Shown one piece after another: positions 1 to 12,724 of a stretch of DNA of 32,000 nt; within the stretch, counting starts at the first letter, position 1, and every line of letters starts with the position of its first letter. The translations under genes and the position numbers were made by a program. The stretch is from Mycoplasmoides genitalium G37 (GTDB taxonomy: Bacteria > Bacillota_I > Bacilli_A > Mycoplasmatales > Mycoplasmoidaceae), in assembly GCF_000027325.1 (NCBI RefSeq), contig NC_000908.2:1-32000 (forward strand), in the 5' to 3' direction. The notes under the pieces are model-generated. The model was not told the origin of the DNA. It was given only the letters and a program-made list of their open reading frames with translations, and did no database searches.

Positions 1-685
1 TAAGTTATTATTTAGTTAATACTTTTAACAATATTATTAAGGTATTTAAAAAATACTATTATAGTATTTAACATAGTTAAATACCTTCCTTAATACTGTT
101 AAATTATATTCAATCAATACATATATAATATTATTAAAATACTTGATAAGTATTATTTAGATATTAGACAAATACTAATTTTATATTGCTTTAATACTTA
201 ATAAATACTACTTATGTATTAAGTAAATATTACTGTAATACTAATAACAATATTATTACAATATGCTAGAATAATATTGCTAGTATCAATAATTACTAAT
301 ATAGTATTAGGAAAATACCATAATAATATTTCTACATAATACTAAGTTAATACTATGTGTAGAATAATAAATAATCAGATTAAAAAAATTTTATTTATCT
401 GAAACATATTTAATCAATTGAACTGATTATTTTCAGCAGTAATAATTACATATGTACATAGTACATATGTAAAATATCATTAATTTCTGTTATATATAAT
501 AGTATCTATTTTAGAGAGTATTAATTATTACTATAATTAAGCATTTATGCTTAATTATAAGCTTTTTATGAACAAAATTATAGACATTTTAGTTCTTATA
601 ATAAATAATAGATATTAAAGAAAATAAAAAAATAGAAATAAATATCATAACCCTTGATAACCCAGAAATTAATACTTAATCAAAA
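1..685. promoter_or_regulatory. AT-dominated, palindrome-rich intergenic region upstream of dnaN; candidate part of oriC
   Basis: No plausible ORF; extremely AT-rich; several perfect short-loop inverted repeats (39-87, 138-154, 446-472, 532-559); lies directly upstream of dnaN. No consensus DnaA box (TTATCCACA) found by eye. Confidence 0.6.
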
Positions 686-1828
686 ATGAAAATATTAATT
701 AATAAAAGTGAATTGAATAAAATTTTGAAAAAAATGAATAACGTTATTATTTCCAATAACAAAATAAAACCACATCATTCATATTTTTTAATAGAGGCAA
801 AAGAAAAAGAAATAAACTTTTATGCTAACAATGAATACTTTTCTGTCAAATGTAATTTAAATAAAAATATTGATATTCTTGAACAAGGCTCCTTAATTGT
901 TAAAGGAAAAATTTTTAACGATCTTATTAATGGCATAAAAGAAGAGATTATTACTATTCAAGAAAAAGATCAAACACTTTTGGTTAAAACAAAAAAAACA
1001 AGTATTAATTTAAACACAATTAATGTGAATGAATTTCCAAGAATAAGGTTTAATGAAAAAAACGATTTAAGTGAATTTAATCAATTCAAAATAAATTATT
1101 CACTTTTAGTAAAAGGCATTAAAAAAATTTTTCACTCAGTTTCAAATAATCGTGAAATATCTTCTAAATTTAATGGAGTAAATTTCAATGGATCCAATGG
1201 AAAAGAAATATTTTTAGAAGCTTCTGACACTTATAAACTATCTGTTTTTGAGATAAAGCAAGAAACAGAACCATTTGATTTCATTTTGGAGAGTAATTTA
1301 CTTAGTTTCATTAATTCTTTTAATCCTGAAGAAGATAAATCTATTGTTTTTTATTACAGAAAAGATAATAAAGATAGCTTTAGTACAGAAATGTTGATTT
1401 CAATGGATAACTTTATGATTAGTTACACATCGGTTAATGAAAAATTTCCAGAGGTAAACTACTTTTTTGAATTTGAACCTGAAACTAAAATAGTTGTTCA
1501 AAAAAATGAATTAAAAGATGCACTTCAAAGAATTCAAACTTTGGCTCAAAATGAAAGAACTTTTTTATGCGATATGCAAATTAACAGTTCTGAATTAAAA
1601 ATAAGAGCTATTGTTAATAATATCGGAAATTCTCTTGAGGAAATTTCTTGTCTTAAATTTGAAGGTTATAAACTTAATATTTCTTTTAACCCAAGTTCTC
1701 TATTAGATCACATAGAGTCTTTTGAATCAAATGAAATAAATTTTGATTTCCAAGGAAATAGTAAGTATTTTTTGATAACCTCTAAAAGTGAACCTGAACT
1801 TAAGCAAATATTGGTTCCTTCAAGATAA
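686..1828 (+). CDS. dnaN: DNA polymerase III subunit beta (sliding clamp)
   Basis: Intact 380 aa ORF; clamp-like sequence, position next to origin-like region and gyrase genes; stop TAA overlaps the next ATG (TAATG). Confidence 0.95.
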   Translation: MKILINKSELNKILKKMNNVIISNNKIKPHHSYFLIEAKEKEINFYANNEYFSVKCNLNKNIDILEQGSLIVKGKIFNDLINGIKEEIITIQEKDQTLLVKTKKTSINLNTINVNEFPRIRFNEKNDLSEFNQFKINYSLLVKGIKKIFHSVSNNREISSKFNGVNFNGSNGKEIFLEASDTYKLSVFEIKQETEPFDFILESNLLSFINSFNPEEDKSIVFYYRKDNKDSFSTEMLISMDNFMISYTSVNEKFPEVNYFFEFEPETKIVVQKNELKDALQRIQTLAQNERTFLCDMQINSSELKIRAIVNNIGNSLEEISCLKFEGYKLNISFNPSSLLDHIESFESNEINFDFQGNSKYFLITSKSEPELKQILVPSR

Positions 1829-2760
1829 TGAATCTTTACGATCTTTTAGAACTACCAACTACAGCATCAATAAAAGAAATAAAAATTGCTTATAAAAGAT
1901 TAGCAAAGCGTTATCACCCTGATGTAAATAAATTAGGTTCGCAAACTTTTGTTGAAATTAATAATGCTTATTCAATATTAAGTGATCCTAACCAAAAGGA
2001 AAAATATGATTCAATGCTGAAAGTTAATGATTTTCAAAATCGCATCAAAAATTTAGATATTAGTGTTAGATGACATGAAAATTTCATGGAAGAACTCGAA
2101 CTTCGTAAGAACTGAGAATTTGATTTTTTTTCATCTGATGAAGATTTCTTTTATTCTCCATTTACAAAAAACAAATATGCTTCCTTTTTAGATAAAGATG
2201 TTTCTTTAGCTTTTTTTCAGCTTTACAGCAAGGGCAAAATAGATCATCAATTGGAAAAATCTTTATTGAAAAGAAGAGATGTAAAAGAAGCTTGTCAACA
2301 GAATAAAAATTTTATTGAAGTTATAAAAGAGCAATATAACTATTTTGGTTGAATTGAAGCTAAGCGTTATTTCAATATTAATGTTGAACTTGAGCTCACA
2401 CAGAGAGAGATAAGAGATAGAGATGTTGTTAACCTACCTTTAAAAATTAAAGTTATTAATAATGATTTTCCAAATCAACTCTGATATGAAATTTATAAAA
2501 ACTATTCATTTCGCTTATCTTGAGATATAAAAAATGGTGAAATTGCTGAATTTTTCAATAAAGGTAATAGAGCTTTAGGATGAAAAGGTGACTTAATTGT
2601 CAGAATGAAAGTAGTTAATAAAGTAAACAAAAGACTGCGTATTTTTTCAAGCTTTTTTGAGAACGATAAATCTAAATTATGGTTCCTTGTTCCAAACGAT
2701 AAACAAAGTAATCCTAATAAGGGCGTTTTTAACTATAAAACTCAGCACTTTATTGATTAA
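1828..2760 (+). CDS. J-domain protein with divergent C-terminal region (MG_002-like), 310 aa
   Basis: N-terminus NLYDLLELPTTASIKEIKIAYKRLAKRYHPDVNK with HPD motif; frame continues through TGA(Trp) codons to TAA at 2758-2760. No CxxCxGxG zinc fingers. Confidence 0.9.
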
Positions 2761-2778
2761 AAAACCTTTCATTTTTAA

Positions 2779-4797
<2,019 letters not shown>

Positions 4798-4811
4798 TTT
4801 GGTTAGTATAA

Positions 4812-7322
4812 ATGGCAAAGCAACAAGATCAAGTAGATAAGATTCGTGAAAACTTAGACAATTCAACTGTCAAAAGTATTTCATTAGCAAATGAACTTGA
4901 GCGTTCATTCATGGAATATGCTATGTCAGTTATTGTTGCTCGTGCTTTACCTGATGCTAGAGATGGACTTAAACCAGTTCATCGTCGTGTTCTTTATGGT
5001 GCTTATATTGGTGGCATGCACCATGATCGTCCTTTTAAAAAGTCTGCGAGGATTGTTGGTGATGTAATGAGTAAATTCCACCCTCATGGTGATATGGCAA
5101 TATATGACACCATGTCAAGAATGGCTCAAGACTTTTCATTAAGATACCTTTTAATTGATGGTCATGGTAATTTTGGTTCTATAGATGGTGATAGACCTGC
5201 TGCACAACGTTATACAGAAGCAAGATTATCTAAACTTGCAGCAGAACTTTTAAAAGATATTGATAAAGATACAGTTGACTTTATTGCTAATTATGATGGT
5301 GAGGAAAAAGAACCAACTGTTCTACCAGCAGCTTTCCCTAACTTACTTGCAAATGGTTCTAGTGGGATTGCAGTTGGAATGTCAACATCTATTCCTTCCC
5401 ATAATCTCTCTGAATTAATTGCGGGTTTAATCATGTTAATTGATAATCCTCAATGCACTTTTCAAGAATTATTAACTGTAATTAAAGGACCTGATTTTCC
5501 AACAGGAGCTAACATTATCTACACAAAAGGAATTGAAAGCTACTTTGAAACAGGTAAAGGCAATGTAGTAATTCGTTCTAAAGTTGAGATAGAACAATTG
5601 CAAACAAGAAGTGCATTAGTTGTAACTGAAATTCCTTACATGGTTAACAAAACTACCTTAATTGAAAAGATTGTAGAACTTGTTAAAGCTGAAGAGATTT
5701 CAGGAATTGCTGATATCCGTGATGAATCCTCTCGAGAAGGAATAAGGTTAGTGATTGAAGTAAAACGCGACACTGTACCTGAAGTTTTATTAAATCAACT
5801 TTTTAAATCAACAAGATTACAAGTACGCTTCCCTGTTAATATGCTTGCTTTAGTTAAAGGAGCTCCTGTACTTCTCAACATGAAACAAGCTTTGGAAGTA
5901 TATCTTGATCATCAAATTGATGTTCTTGTTAGAAAAACAAAGTTTGTGCTTAATAAACAACAAGAACGTTATCACATTTTAAGCGGACTTTTAATTGCTG
6001 CTTTAAATATTGATGAGGTTGTTGCAATTATTAAAAAATCAGCAAATAACCAGGAAGCAATTAATACATTAAATACAAAGTTTAAGCTTGATGAAATTCA
6101 AGCTAAAGCAGTTCTTGACATGCGTTTAAGGAGCTTAAGCGTACTTGAAGTTAACAAACTTCAAACTGAACAAAAAGAGTTAAAAGATTCAATTGAATTT
6201 TGTAAGAAAGTGTTAGCTGATCAAAAATTACAGCTAAAAATAATCAAAGAGGAATTGCAAAAAATCAATGATCAGTTTGGTGATGAAAGAAGAAGTGAAA
6301 TTCTCTATGATATCTCTGAGGAAATTGATGATGAATCATTGATAAAAGTTGAGAATGTAGTGATAACTATGTCTACAAATGGTTATCTAAAAAGGATTGG
6401 AGTTGATGCTTATAATCTTCAACATCGTGGTGGAGTTGGGGTTAAAGGGCTAACTACTTATGTTGATGATAGTATTAGTCAATTATTGGTCTGTTCAACT
6501 CACTCTGACTTATTATTTTTTACTGATAAGGGTAAGGTTTATAGAATTAGAGCTCATCAAATTCCCTATGGTTTTAGAACAAATAAAGGTATTCCCGCTG
6601 TTAACTTAATCAAAATTGAAAAGGATGAAAGAATTTGTTCATTGTTATCTGTTAATAACTATGATGATGGTTATTTCTTTTTCTGTACTAAAAATGGAAT
6701 TGTTAAAAGAACGAGCTTGAATGAATTCATCAACATCTTAAGTAATGGTAAGCGGGCTATATCTTTTGATGATAATGACACTTTGTATTCAGTAATTAAA
6801 ACCCACGGAAATGATGAGATTTTTATTGGTTCTACCAATGGATTTGTTGTTCGCTTCCATGAAAATCAACTCAGAGTTCTTTCAAGAACAGCAAGAGGTG
6901 TATTTGGTATCAGTTTAAATAAAGGAGAATTTGTTAATGGACTATCAACTTCAAGCAACGGTAGCTTACTTTTATCAGTCGGTCAAAATGGAATAGGTAA
7001 ATTAACGAGCATAGATAAATATAGACTCACAAAACGTAATGCTAAGGGAGTTAAAACTCTAAGGGTTACTGATAGAACAGGCCCTGTTGTTACAACAACC
7101 ACTGTTTTTGGTAATGAGGATCTTTTAATGATTTCCTCTGCTGGTAAAATTGTGCGTACCAGTTTACAAGAACTTTCAGAACAAGGTAAAAACACTTCTG
7201 GTGTTAAGTTAATTAGATTAAAAGATAATGAACGTTTAGAAAGAGTAACTATCTTTAAAGAAGAGTTAGAAGACAAAGAAATGCAACTAGAAGATGTTGG
7301 ATCCAAACAAATTACGCAATAA
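4812..7322 (+). CDS. gyrA: DNA gyrase subunit A, 836 aa
   Basis: Uninterrupted ORF; [23 protein letters not shown], active site [11 protein letters not shown]. Confidence 0.98.
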   Translation: MAKQQDQVDKIRENLDNSTVKSISLANELERSFMEYAMSVIVARALPDARDGLKPVHRRVLYGAYIGGMHHDRPFKKSARIVGDVMSKFHPHGDMAIYDTMSRMAQDFSLRYLLIDGHGNFGSIDGDRPAAQRYTEARLSKLAAELLKDIDKDTVDFIANYDGEEKEPTVLPAAFPNLLANGSSGIAVGMSTSIPSHNLSELIAGLIMLIDNPQCTFQELLTVIKGPDFPTGANIIYTKGIESYFETGKGNVVIRSKVEIEQLQTRSALVVTEIPYMVNKTTLIEKIVELVKAEEISGIADIRDESSREGIRLVIEVKRDTVPEVLLNQLFKSTRLQVRFPVNMLALVKGAPVLLNMKQALEVYLDHQIDVLVRKTKFVLNKQQERYHILSGLLIAALNIDEVVAIIKKSANNQEAINTLNTKFKLDEIQAKAVLDMRLRSLSVLEVNKLQTEQKELKDSIEFCKKVLADQKLQLKIIKEELQKINDQFGDERRSEILYDISEEIDDESLIKVENVVITMSTNGYLKRIGVDAYNLQHRGGVGVKGLTTYVDDSISQLLVCSTHSDLLFFTDKGKVYRIRAHQIPYGFRTNKGIPAVNLIKIEKDERICSLLSVNNYDDGYFFFCTKNGIVKRTSLNEFINILSNGKRAISFDDNDTLYSVIKTHGNDEIFIGSTNGFVVRFHENQLRVLSRTARGVFGISLNKGEFVNGLSTSSNGSLLLSVGQNGIGKLTSIDKYRLTKRNAKGVKTLRVTDRTGPVVTTTTVFGNEDLLMISSAGKIVRTSLQELSEQGKNTSGVKLIRLKDNERLERVTIFKEELEDKEMQLEDVGSKQITQ

Positions 7323-8547
7323 CTATGATTTCTTTAAAAAGAAACTGTTAGAAAGAAATGTAAATGAGCAATTATTAAATCAGTTTATTCAAACTGATAA
7401 ACTAATGCGCAAAAACTTGCAACAACTTGAACTTGCTAACCAAAAACAAAGCTTGTTGGCAAAACAAGTTGCTAAGCAAAAAGATAATAAAAAGCTATTA
7501 GCTGAATCAAAAGAACTTAAGCAGAAGATTGAAAACTTAAATAATGCTTATAAAGATTCACAAAACATTAGTCAAGATTTACTTCTAAATTTTCCTAATA
7601 TTGCTCATGAATCAGTTCCTGTTGGTAAAAATGAATCAGCAAACTTAGAACTTCTTAAAGAAGGGAGAAAACCAGTTTTTGATTTCAAACCTTTACCACA
7701 TCGAGAGTTATGTGAAAAGTTAAATTTAGTTGCTTTTGATAAAGCTACTAAGATTAGTGGAACTAGGTTTGTTGCATATACAGATAAAGCAGCTAAACTA
7801 CTTAGAGCGATAACTAATCTAATGATTGACCTTAATAAAAGCAAGTATCAAGAATGAAACCTGCCAGTTGTTATTAATGAATTAAGTTTAAGATCAACCG
7901 GACAACTACCTAAGTTTAAAGATGATGTTTTTAAACTAGAAAACACCCGTTATTATCTTTCTCCAACTTTAGAGGTACAACTTATCAATTTACATGCTAA
8001 TGAAATTTTTAATGAAGAAGATTTACCTAAATACTACACTGCAACAGGTATTAACTTTCGTCAAGAAGCGGGTAGTGCTGGTAAACAAACCAAAGGAACT
8101 ATTAGATTGCATCAGTTTCAAAAAACTGAGTTAGTTAAGTTTTGTAAACCTGAAAATGCTATCAATGAATTGGAAGCAATGGTTAGAGATGCTGAACAAA
8201 TCTTAAAGGCACTTAAGTTACCTTTTAGAAGGTTATTGTTATGTACTGGTGATATGGGCTTTAGTGCTGAAAAAACATATGATCTTGAAGTTTGAATGGC
8301 AGCTAGCAATGAATATCGTGAAGTTTCTTCTTGTTCATCTTGTGGTGATTTTCAAGCAAGAAGAGCTATGATTCGTTACAAAGATATTAACAACGGTAAA
8401 AACAGTTATGTTGCTACTTTAAATGGAACAGCATTATCTATTGATAGAATTTTTGCTGCAATTCTAGAAAATTTTCAAACAAAAGATGGCAAAATTCTTA
8501 TCCCACAAGCATTAAAAAAATACCTTGATTTTGACACAATCAAGTAA
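7294..8547 (+). CDS. serS: Seryl-tRNA synthetase, 417 aa
   Basis: [19 protein letters not shown]-terminus; motif 2-like [26 protein letters not shown] and C-terminal [21 protein letters not shown] ... NGTALSIDR; starts 29 bp inside gyrA. Confidence 0.95.
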
Positions 8548-8550
8548 TTT

Positions 8551-9183
8551 ATGAATAAAGGTGTTTTTGTTGTTATTGAAGGAGTTGATGGAGCGGGCAA
8601 AACTGCTTTAATTGAAGGTTTTAAAAAACTTTATCCAACTAAGTTTTTGAACTATCAACTTACTTATACTAGAGAACCTGGTGGTACTTTGTTAGCTGAA
8701 AAAATTCGTCAACTTCTTTTAAATGAAACAATGGAACCTCTAACTGAAGCTTATTTGTTTGCCGCAGCTAGAACTGAACATATCAGTAAGCTAATTAAAC
8801 CAGCAATTGAAAAAGAACAACTAGTTATTTCAGATAGATTTGTTTTCTCTAGTTTTGCATACCAAGGATTAAGCAAAAAAATAGGCATTGATACAGTAAA
8901 ACAGATTAATCATCATGCGTTAAGAAATATGATGCCAAACTTTACCTTTATTTTGGATTGCAATTTTAAAGAAGCATTACAAAGGATGCAAAAGCGTGGT
9001 AATGATAATCTTCTTGATGAATTTATTAAAGGAAAGAATGATTTTGATACAGTTCGTTCTTATTATTTAAGCTTAGTTGATAAAAAAAACTGTTTCTTGA
9101 TTAATGGTGATAATAAACAAGAACACCTAGAGAAATTTATTGAATTGTTAACAAGATGCTTACAACAACCCACGCATTACTAA
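8551..9183 (+). CDS. tmk: Thymidylate kinase, 210 aa
   Basis: [15 protein letters not shown]-loop, [28 protein letters not shown]. Confidence 0.95.
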
Positions 9184-9920
9184 TCATTCAAAGAAAAGGT
9201 AGTTTCTTAAAACCTTTTCTTGATAATTATCTTACTAGTATTGTTTGTGAAAACAAAAATGGTTGCAAAAAGTGTATAAACTGTTTGGAAATTCTCAATA
9301 ATAAATACAACAGCTTATATTGATTTGATCAAATTAATCCTTTCAAAAGAGAAAATGCCCTTCAGTTAGCAAGAATTTTTAACCGTGAAAGAACAAGTGT
9401 AAACAATAAAAATATTTATCTAATTGAAGAAATTGAAAAATTAAGCAGTAATTCTATAAATAGTTTATTGAGACTAGTTGAAGATAGTCCGATAAATAGT
9501 TATGGTATTTTTACAACTAAAAATGAAAGTTTAATTCTTTCCACTTTTTTAAGTAGAGTACAGAAAGTAGTTTTAAAAAAAGCTAGTAAAGTTCCTTTTA
9601 AAGTAAGCAAAAATGATCAAGAAATTATTACAAGTTTTTTTACTGTAGATGAACAAATTGAAGCAATTGAAAATGGAAGTTTTAACCGTTTCAAAATTAT
9701 CTTAGATGCATGTTTAAACAAAAAAACAGGTACAGAACAAATTTATCATGCTTGACAAATTTTTAGAGATTTTTCTAATAGTGAAATTGCTCAGTTAATT
9801 ACTCTAATAATTAATAAAACTGAAAATATAGATAAAAAATCAATTTTGTTTAATTGTTTAAAAGTTTTGCCATATAATCCTCCAAAATCCACTTTGTTTG
9901 CTAATTTAGTTAGTTGATAG
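9156..9920 (+). CDS. holB: DNA polymerase III delta-prime-like subunit, 254 aa
   Basis: ATG at 9156 inside tmk; [25 protein letters not shown]...[19 protein letters not shown]...[27 protein letters not shown]; stop TAG 9918-9920; TGA read as Trp. Confidence 0.8.
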
Positions 9921-9922
9921 TT

Positions 9923-11251
9923 ATGAAAAGCGAAATTAATATTTTTGCACTAGCAACTGCACCTTTTAATAGTGCATTACATATTATTAGGTTTTCTGGT
10001 CCTGATGTTTATGAGATTTTAAACAAGATAACTAATAAAAAAATAACAAGAAAAGGGATGCAAATTCAACGCACATGGATAGTTGATGAAAACAATAAGC
10101 GAATTGATGATGTGCTATTATTTAAATTTGTCTCTCCAAATTCTTATACAGGAGAAGATTTAATTGAAATTTCTTGTCATGGTAACATGTTGATCGTTAA
10201 TGAAATTTGCGCACTTCTTTTAAAAAAAGGAGGTGTTTATGCCAAACCTGGTGAATTTACCCAAAGGAGTTTTTTAAATGGAAAAATGAGTTTACAACAA
10301 GCTAGTGCTGTAAATAAATTGATTTTATCTCCTAACTTATTAGTTAAAGATATAGTCTTAAATAATTTAGCGGGTGAAATGGATCAACAATTAGAACAAA
10401 TAGCTCAACAAGTTAATCAATTAGTAATGCAAATGGAAGTAAACATTGATTATCCAGAATATCTTGATGAACAAGTAGAACTATCAACTTTAAATAATAA
10501 AGTTAAATTGATTATTGAAAAGCTTAAAAGAATTATTGAAAATAGTAAACAACTCAAAAAACTTCACGATCCTTTTAAAATTGCCATTATAGGCGAAACT
10601 AATGTAGGTAAATCTTCTTTACTCAACGCTTTATTAAATCAAGATAAAGCGATAGTTTCAAATATTAAAGGTAGTACACGCGATGTTGTTGAAGGGGATT
10701 TCAATTTAAATGGTTATTTAATCAAGATCTTAGATACTGCAGGTATCCGTAAACATAAAAGTGGGCTTGAAAAAGCAGGAATTAAAAAAAGCTTTGAATC
10801 TATAAAGCAAGCTAATTTGGTTATTTATCTTTTAGATGCAACACATCCAAAGAAAGATCTTGAATTAATTAGTTTTTTTAAGAAAAATAAAAAGGATTTT
10901 TTTGTTTTCTATAACAAAAAAGATTTAATTACAAATAAGTTTGAAAATAGTATTTCTGCAAAGCAAAAAGATATTAAAGAATTAGTTGATTTATTAACTA
11001 AATATATTAACGAGTTTTATAAAAAAATAGATCAAAAAATCTATCTGATTGAAAATTGACAGCAAATTTTAATTGAAAAAATTAAAGAACAATTAGAACA
11101 GTTTTTAAAGCAACAAAAAAAATATTTATTTTTCGATGTTTTAGTTACCCATCTAAGAGAAGCTCAACAAGATATTCTTAAACTACTAGGTAAGGATGTA
11201 GGTTTTGATTTAGTTAATGAAATTTTTAATAATTTTTGTTTAGGAAAATAA
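9923..11251 (+). CDS. mnmE: tRNA modification GTPase MnmE (TrmE), 442 aa
   Basis: [16 protein letters not shown]1 motif, DTAGIR G3, YNKKDL G4, C-terminal FCLGK. The track ORF starts at 9914; [14 protein letters not shown] at 9923 is the likelier start. Confidence 0.95.
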
Positions 11252-12039
11252 TGGAATACTTTGATGCACATTGTCATTTAAATTGTGAACCTTTACTGAG
11301 TGAAATTGAAAAAAGCATCGCTAATTTCAAATTAATTAATTTAAAAGCAAATGTTGTAGGTACAGATTTGGATAATTCTAAAATTGCTGTTGAATTAGCT
11401 AAAAAATATCCTGATCTTTTAAAAGCAACCATAGGTATCCATCCAAATGATGTTCATTTAGTTGATTTTAAAAAGACAAAAAAACAACTTAATGAACTAT
11501 TAATAAATAACAGAAATTTCATAAGTTGTATTGGTGAATATGGTTTTGATTATCACTACACAACAGAATTTATTGAATTGCAAAACAAATTCTTTGAGAT
11601 GCAATTTGAAATAGCTGAAACTAATAAATTGGTTCACATGCTTCATATTCGTGATGCTCATGAAAAAATTTATGAAATATTAACAAGATTAAAGCCAACT
11701 CAACCTGTGATTTTTCATTGTTTCAGTCAAGATATAAATATTGCTAAAAAGCTACTATCATTAAAAGATTTAAATATTGACATCTTCTTTTCTATCCCAG
11801 GGATAGTTACTTTTAAGAATGCTCAAGCATTACATGAAGCTTTAAAGATTATTCCTAGTGAATTACTTTTAAGTGAAACTGACTCACCGTGATTAACCCC
11901 TTCTCCTTTTCGAGGCAAAGTTAACTGACCTGAATATGTAGTTCATACTGTTAGCACTGTTGCTGAAATAAAAAAAATAGAAATTGCTGAAATGAAGCGA
12001 ATTATTGTTAAAAATGCAAAAAAATTATTTTGACATTAA
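11251..12039 (+). CDS. tatD: TatD-family metal-dependent hydrolase, 262 aa
   Basis: FDAHCHLNCEP, GIHPNDV, CIGEYGFDYH, HIRDAHEK, FHCFSQ, ETDSPW; frame continues through TGA(Trp) to TAA 12037-12039. Confidence 0.9.
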
Positions 12040-12067
12040 AAGTTAAATAAAGCAATTTATTTAACAA

Positions 12068-12724
12068 ATGGATGTTAGAACTGAAAGATTAAACGAATTG
12101 TTTTTTGTTTATCATAAAAACTTAAAAAATCAATCTAAATCTAAATATAGCAGAGCAGTTAATTACTTAAAAAGGCGTGGATTCAATTTACAAGATTTTT
12201 TAAAAGTTGGGGGTGGTGTTGGTTATTTACAAAATAAAGAATGATTAAATTTACCTTTATACAGTTTTGATGGTAATTTAATTGGTTTTCTAAACAGAAA
12301 AGTTAGTTATAAAAAGGAATTTTTATATACACCTTTTAATAAACCTCCTTCAAAGAGCGAAGCTTTTGTAGGACTCAGAGAATTAGTTATTAAAGACAAT
12401 AGCATATATCTTGTTGAAGGTGATTTTGACTGGTTAGCTTTTCGCAAAGCAGGTATATTAAATTCTCTTCCTCTTTGTGGTTTGACTATTTCAAATCAAC
12501 AAGTTCAATGATTAAAACAAAAAAAGATTAAAAAGATTTTTATCTGTTTTGATAATGATTTAGCTGGAAAGAATGGAGCAAAAAATTTAAAAGAATATCT
12601 AACTAAGCAAGGATTTATAACAAAAGTTATAGAAATTAAAGCTGCCGCAAAAGACTGAAATGATTTGTTTTTATTAAACAACTCAAATTGATCAGCGGTT
12701 TTAACTAATCAACTTCTTTTTTAA
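12068..12724 (+). CDS. DnaG-like TOPRIM-domain protein lacking zinc-finger and helicase-binding regions (MG_010-like), 218 aa
   Basis: Hand translation with TGA=Trp: MDVRTERLNELFFVYHKN...IYLVEGDFDWLAFRKAGILNSL...KKIFICFDNDLAGKNGAKNLKEYL; TOPRIM E and DxD motifs. Confidence 0.8.

Noticed and set aside
356-364. Degenerate DnaA-box match TGTGTAGAA
   Set aside because: Two mismatches to TGTGGATAA in very AT-rich DNA is not meaningful without a genome-wide control.
375-402. Imperfect inverted repeat TCAGATTAAAAAAATTTTATTTATCTGA considered as a terminator
   Set aside because: Only the outer 6 bp pair cleanly and the centre is an A/T run; no convincing gene end precedes it inside the window. Kept only as part of the origin-side region.
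6983-7306. Minus-strand 107 aa ORF inside gyrA
   Set aside because: Antisense to a strongly conserved coding region, low-complexity Ser/Leu-rich translation, no start context; typical shadow ORF.
12068-12724. Interpretation of the TOPRIM-like gene as a truncated dnaG pseudogene
   Set aside because: The frame is intact under table 4 with complete TOPRIM motifs and no internal stops, so decay is not supported from this sequence alone, though divergence remains possible.
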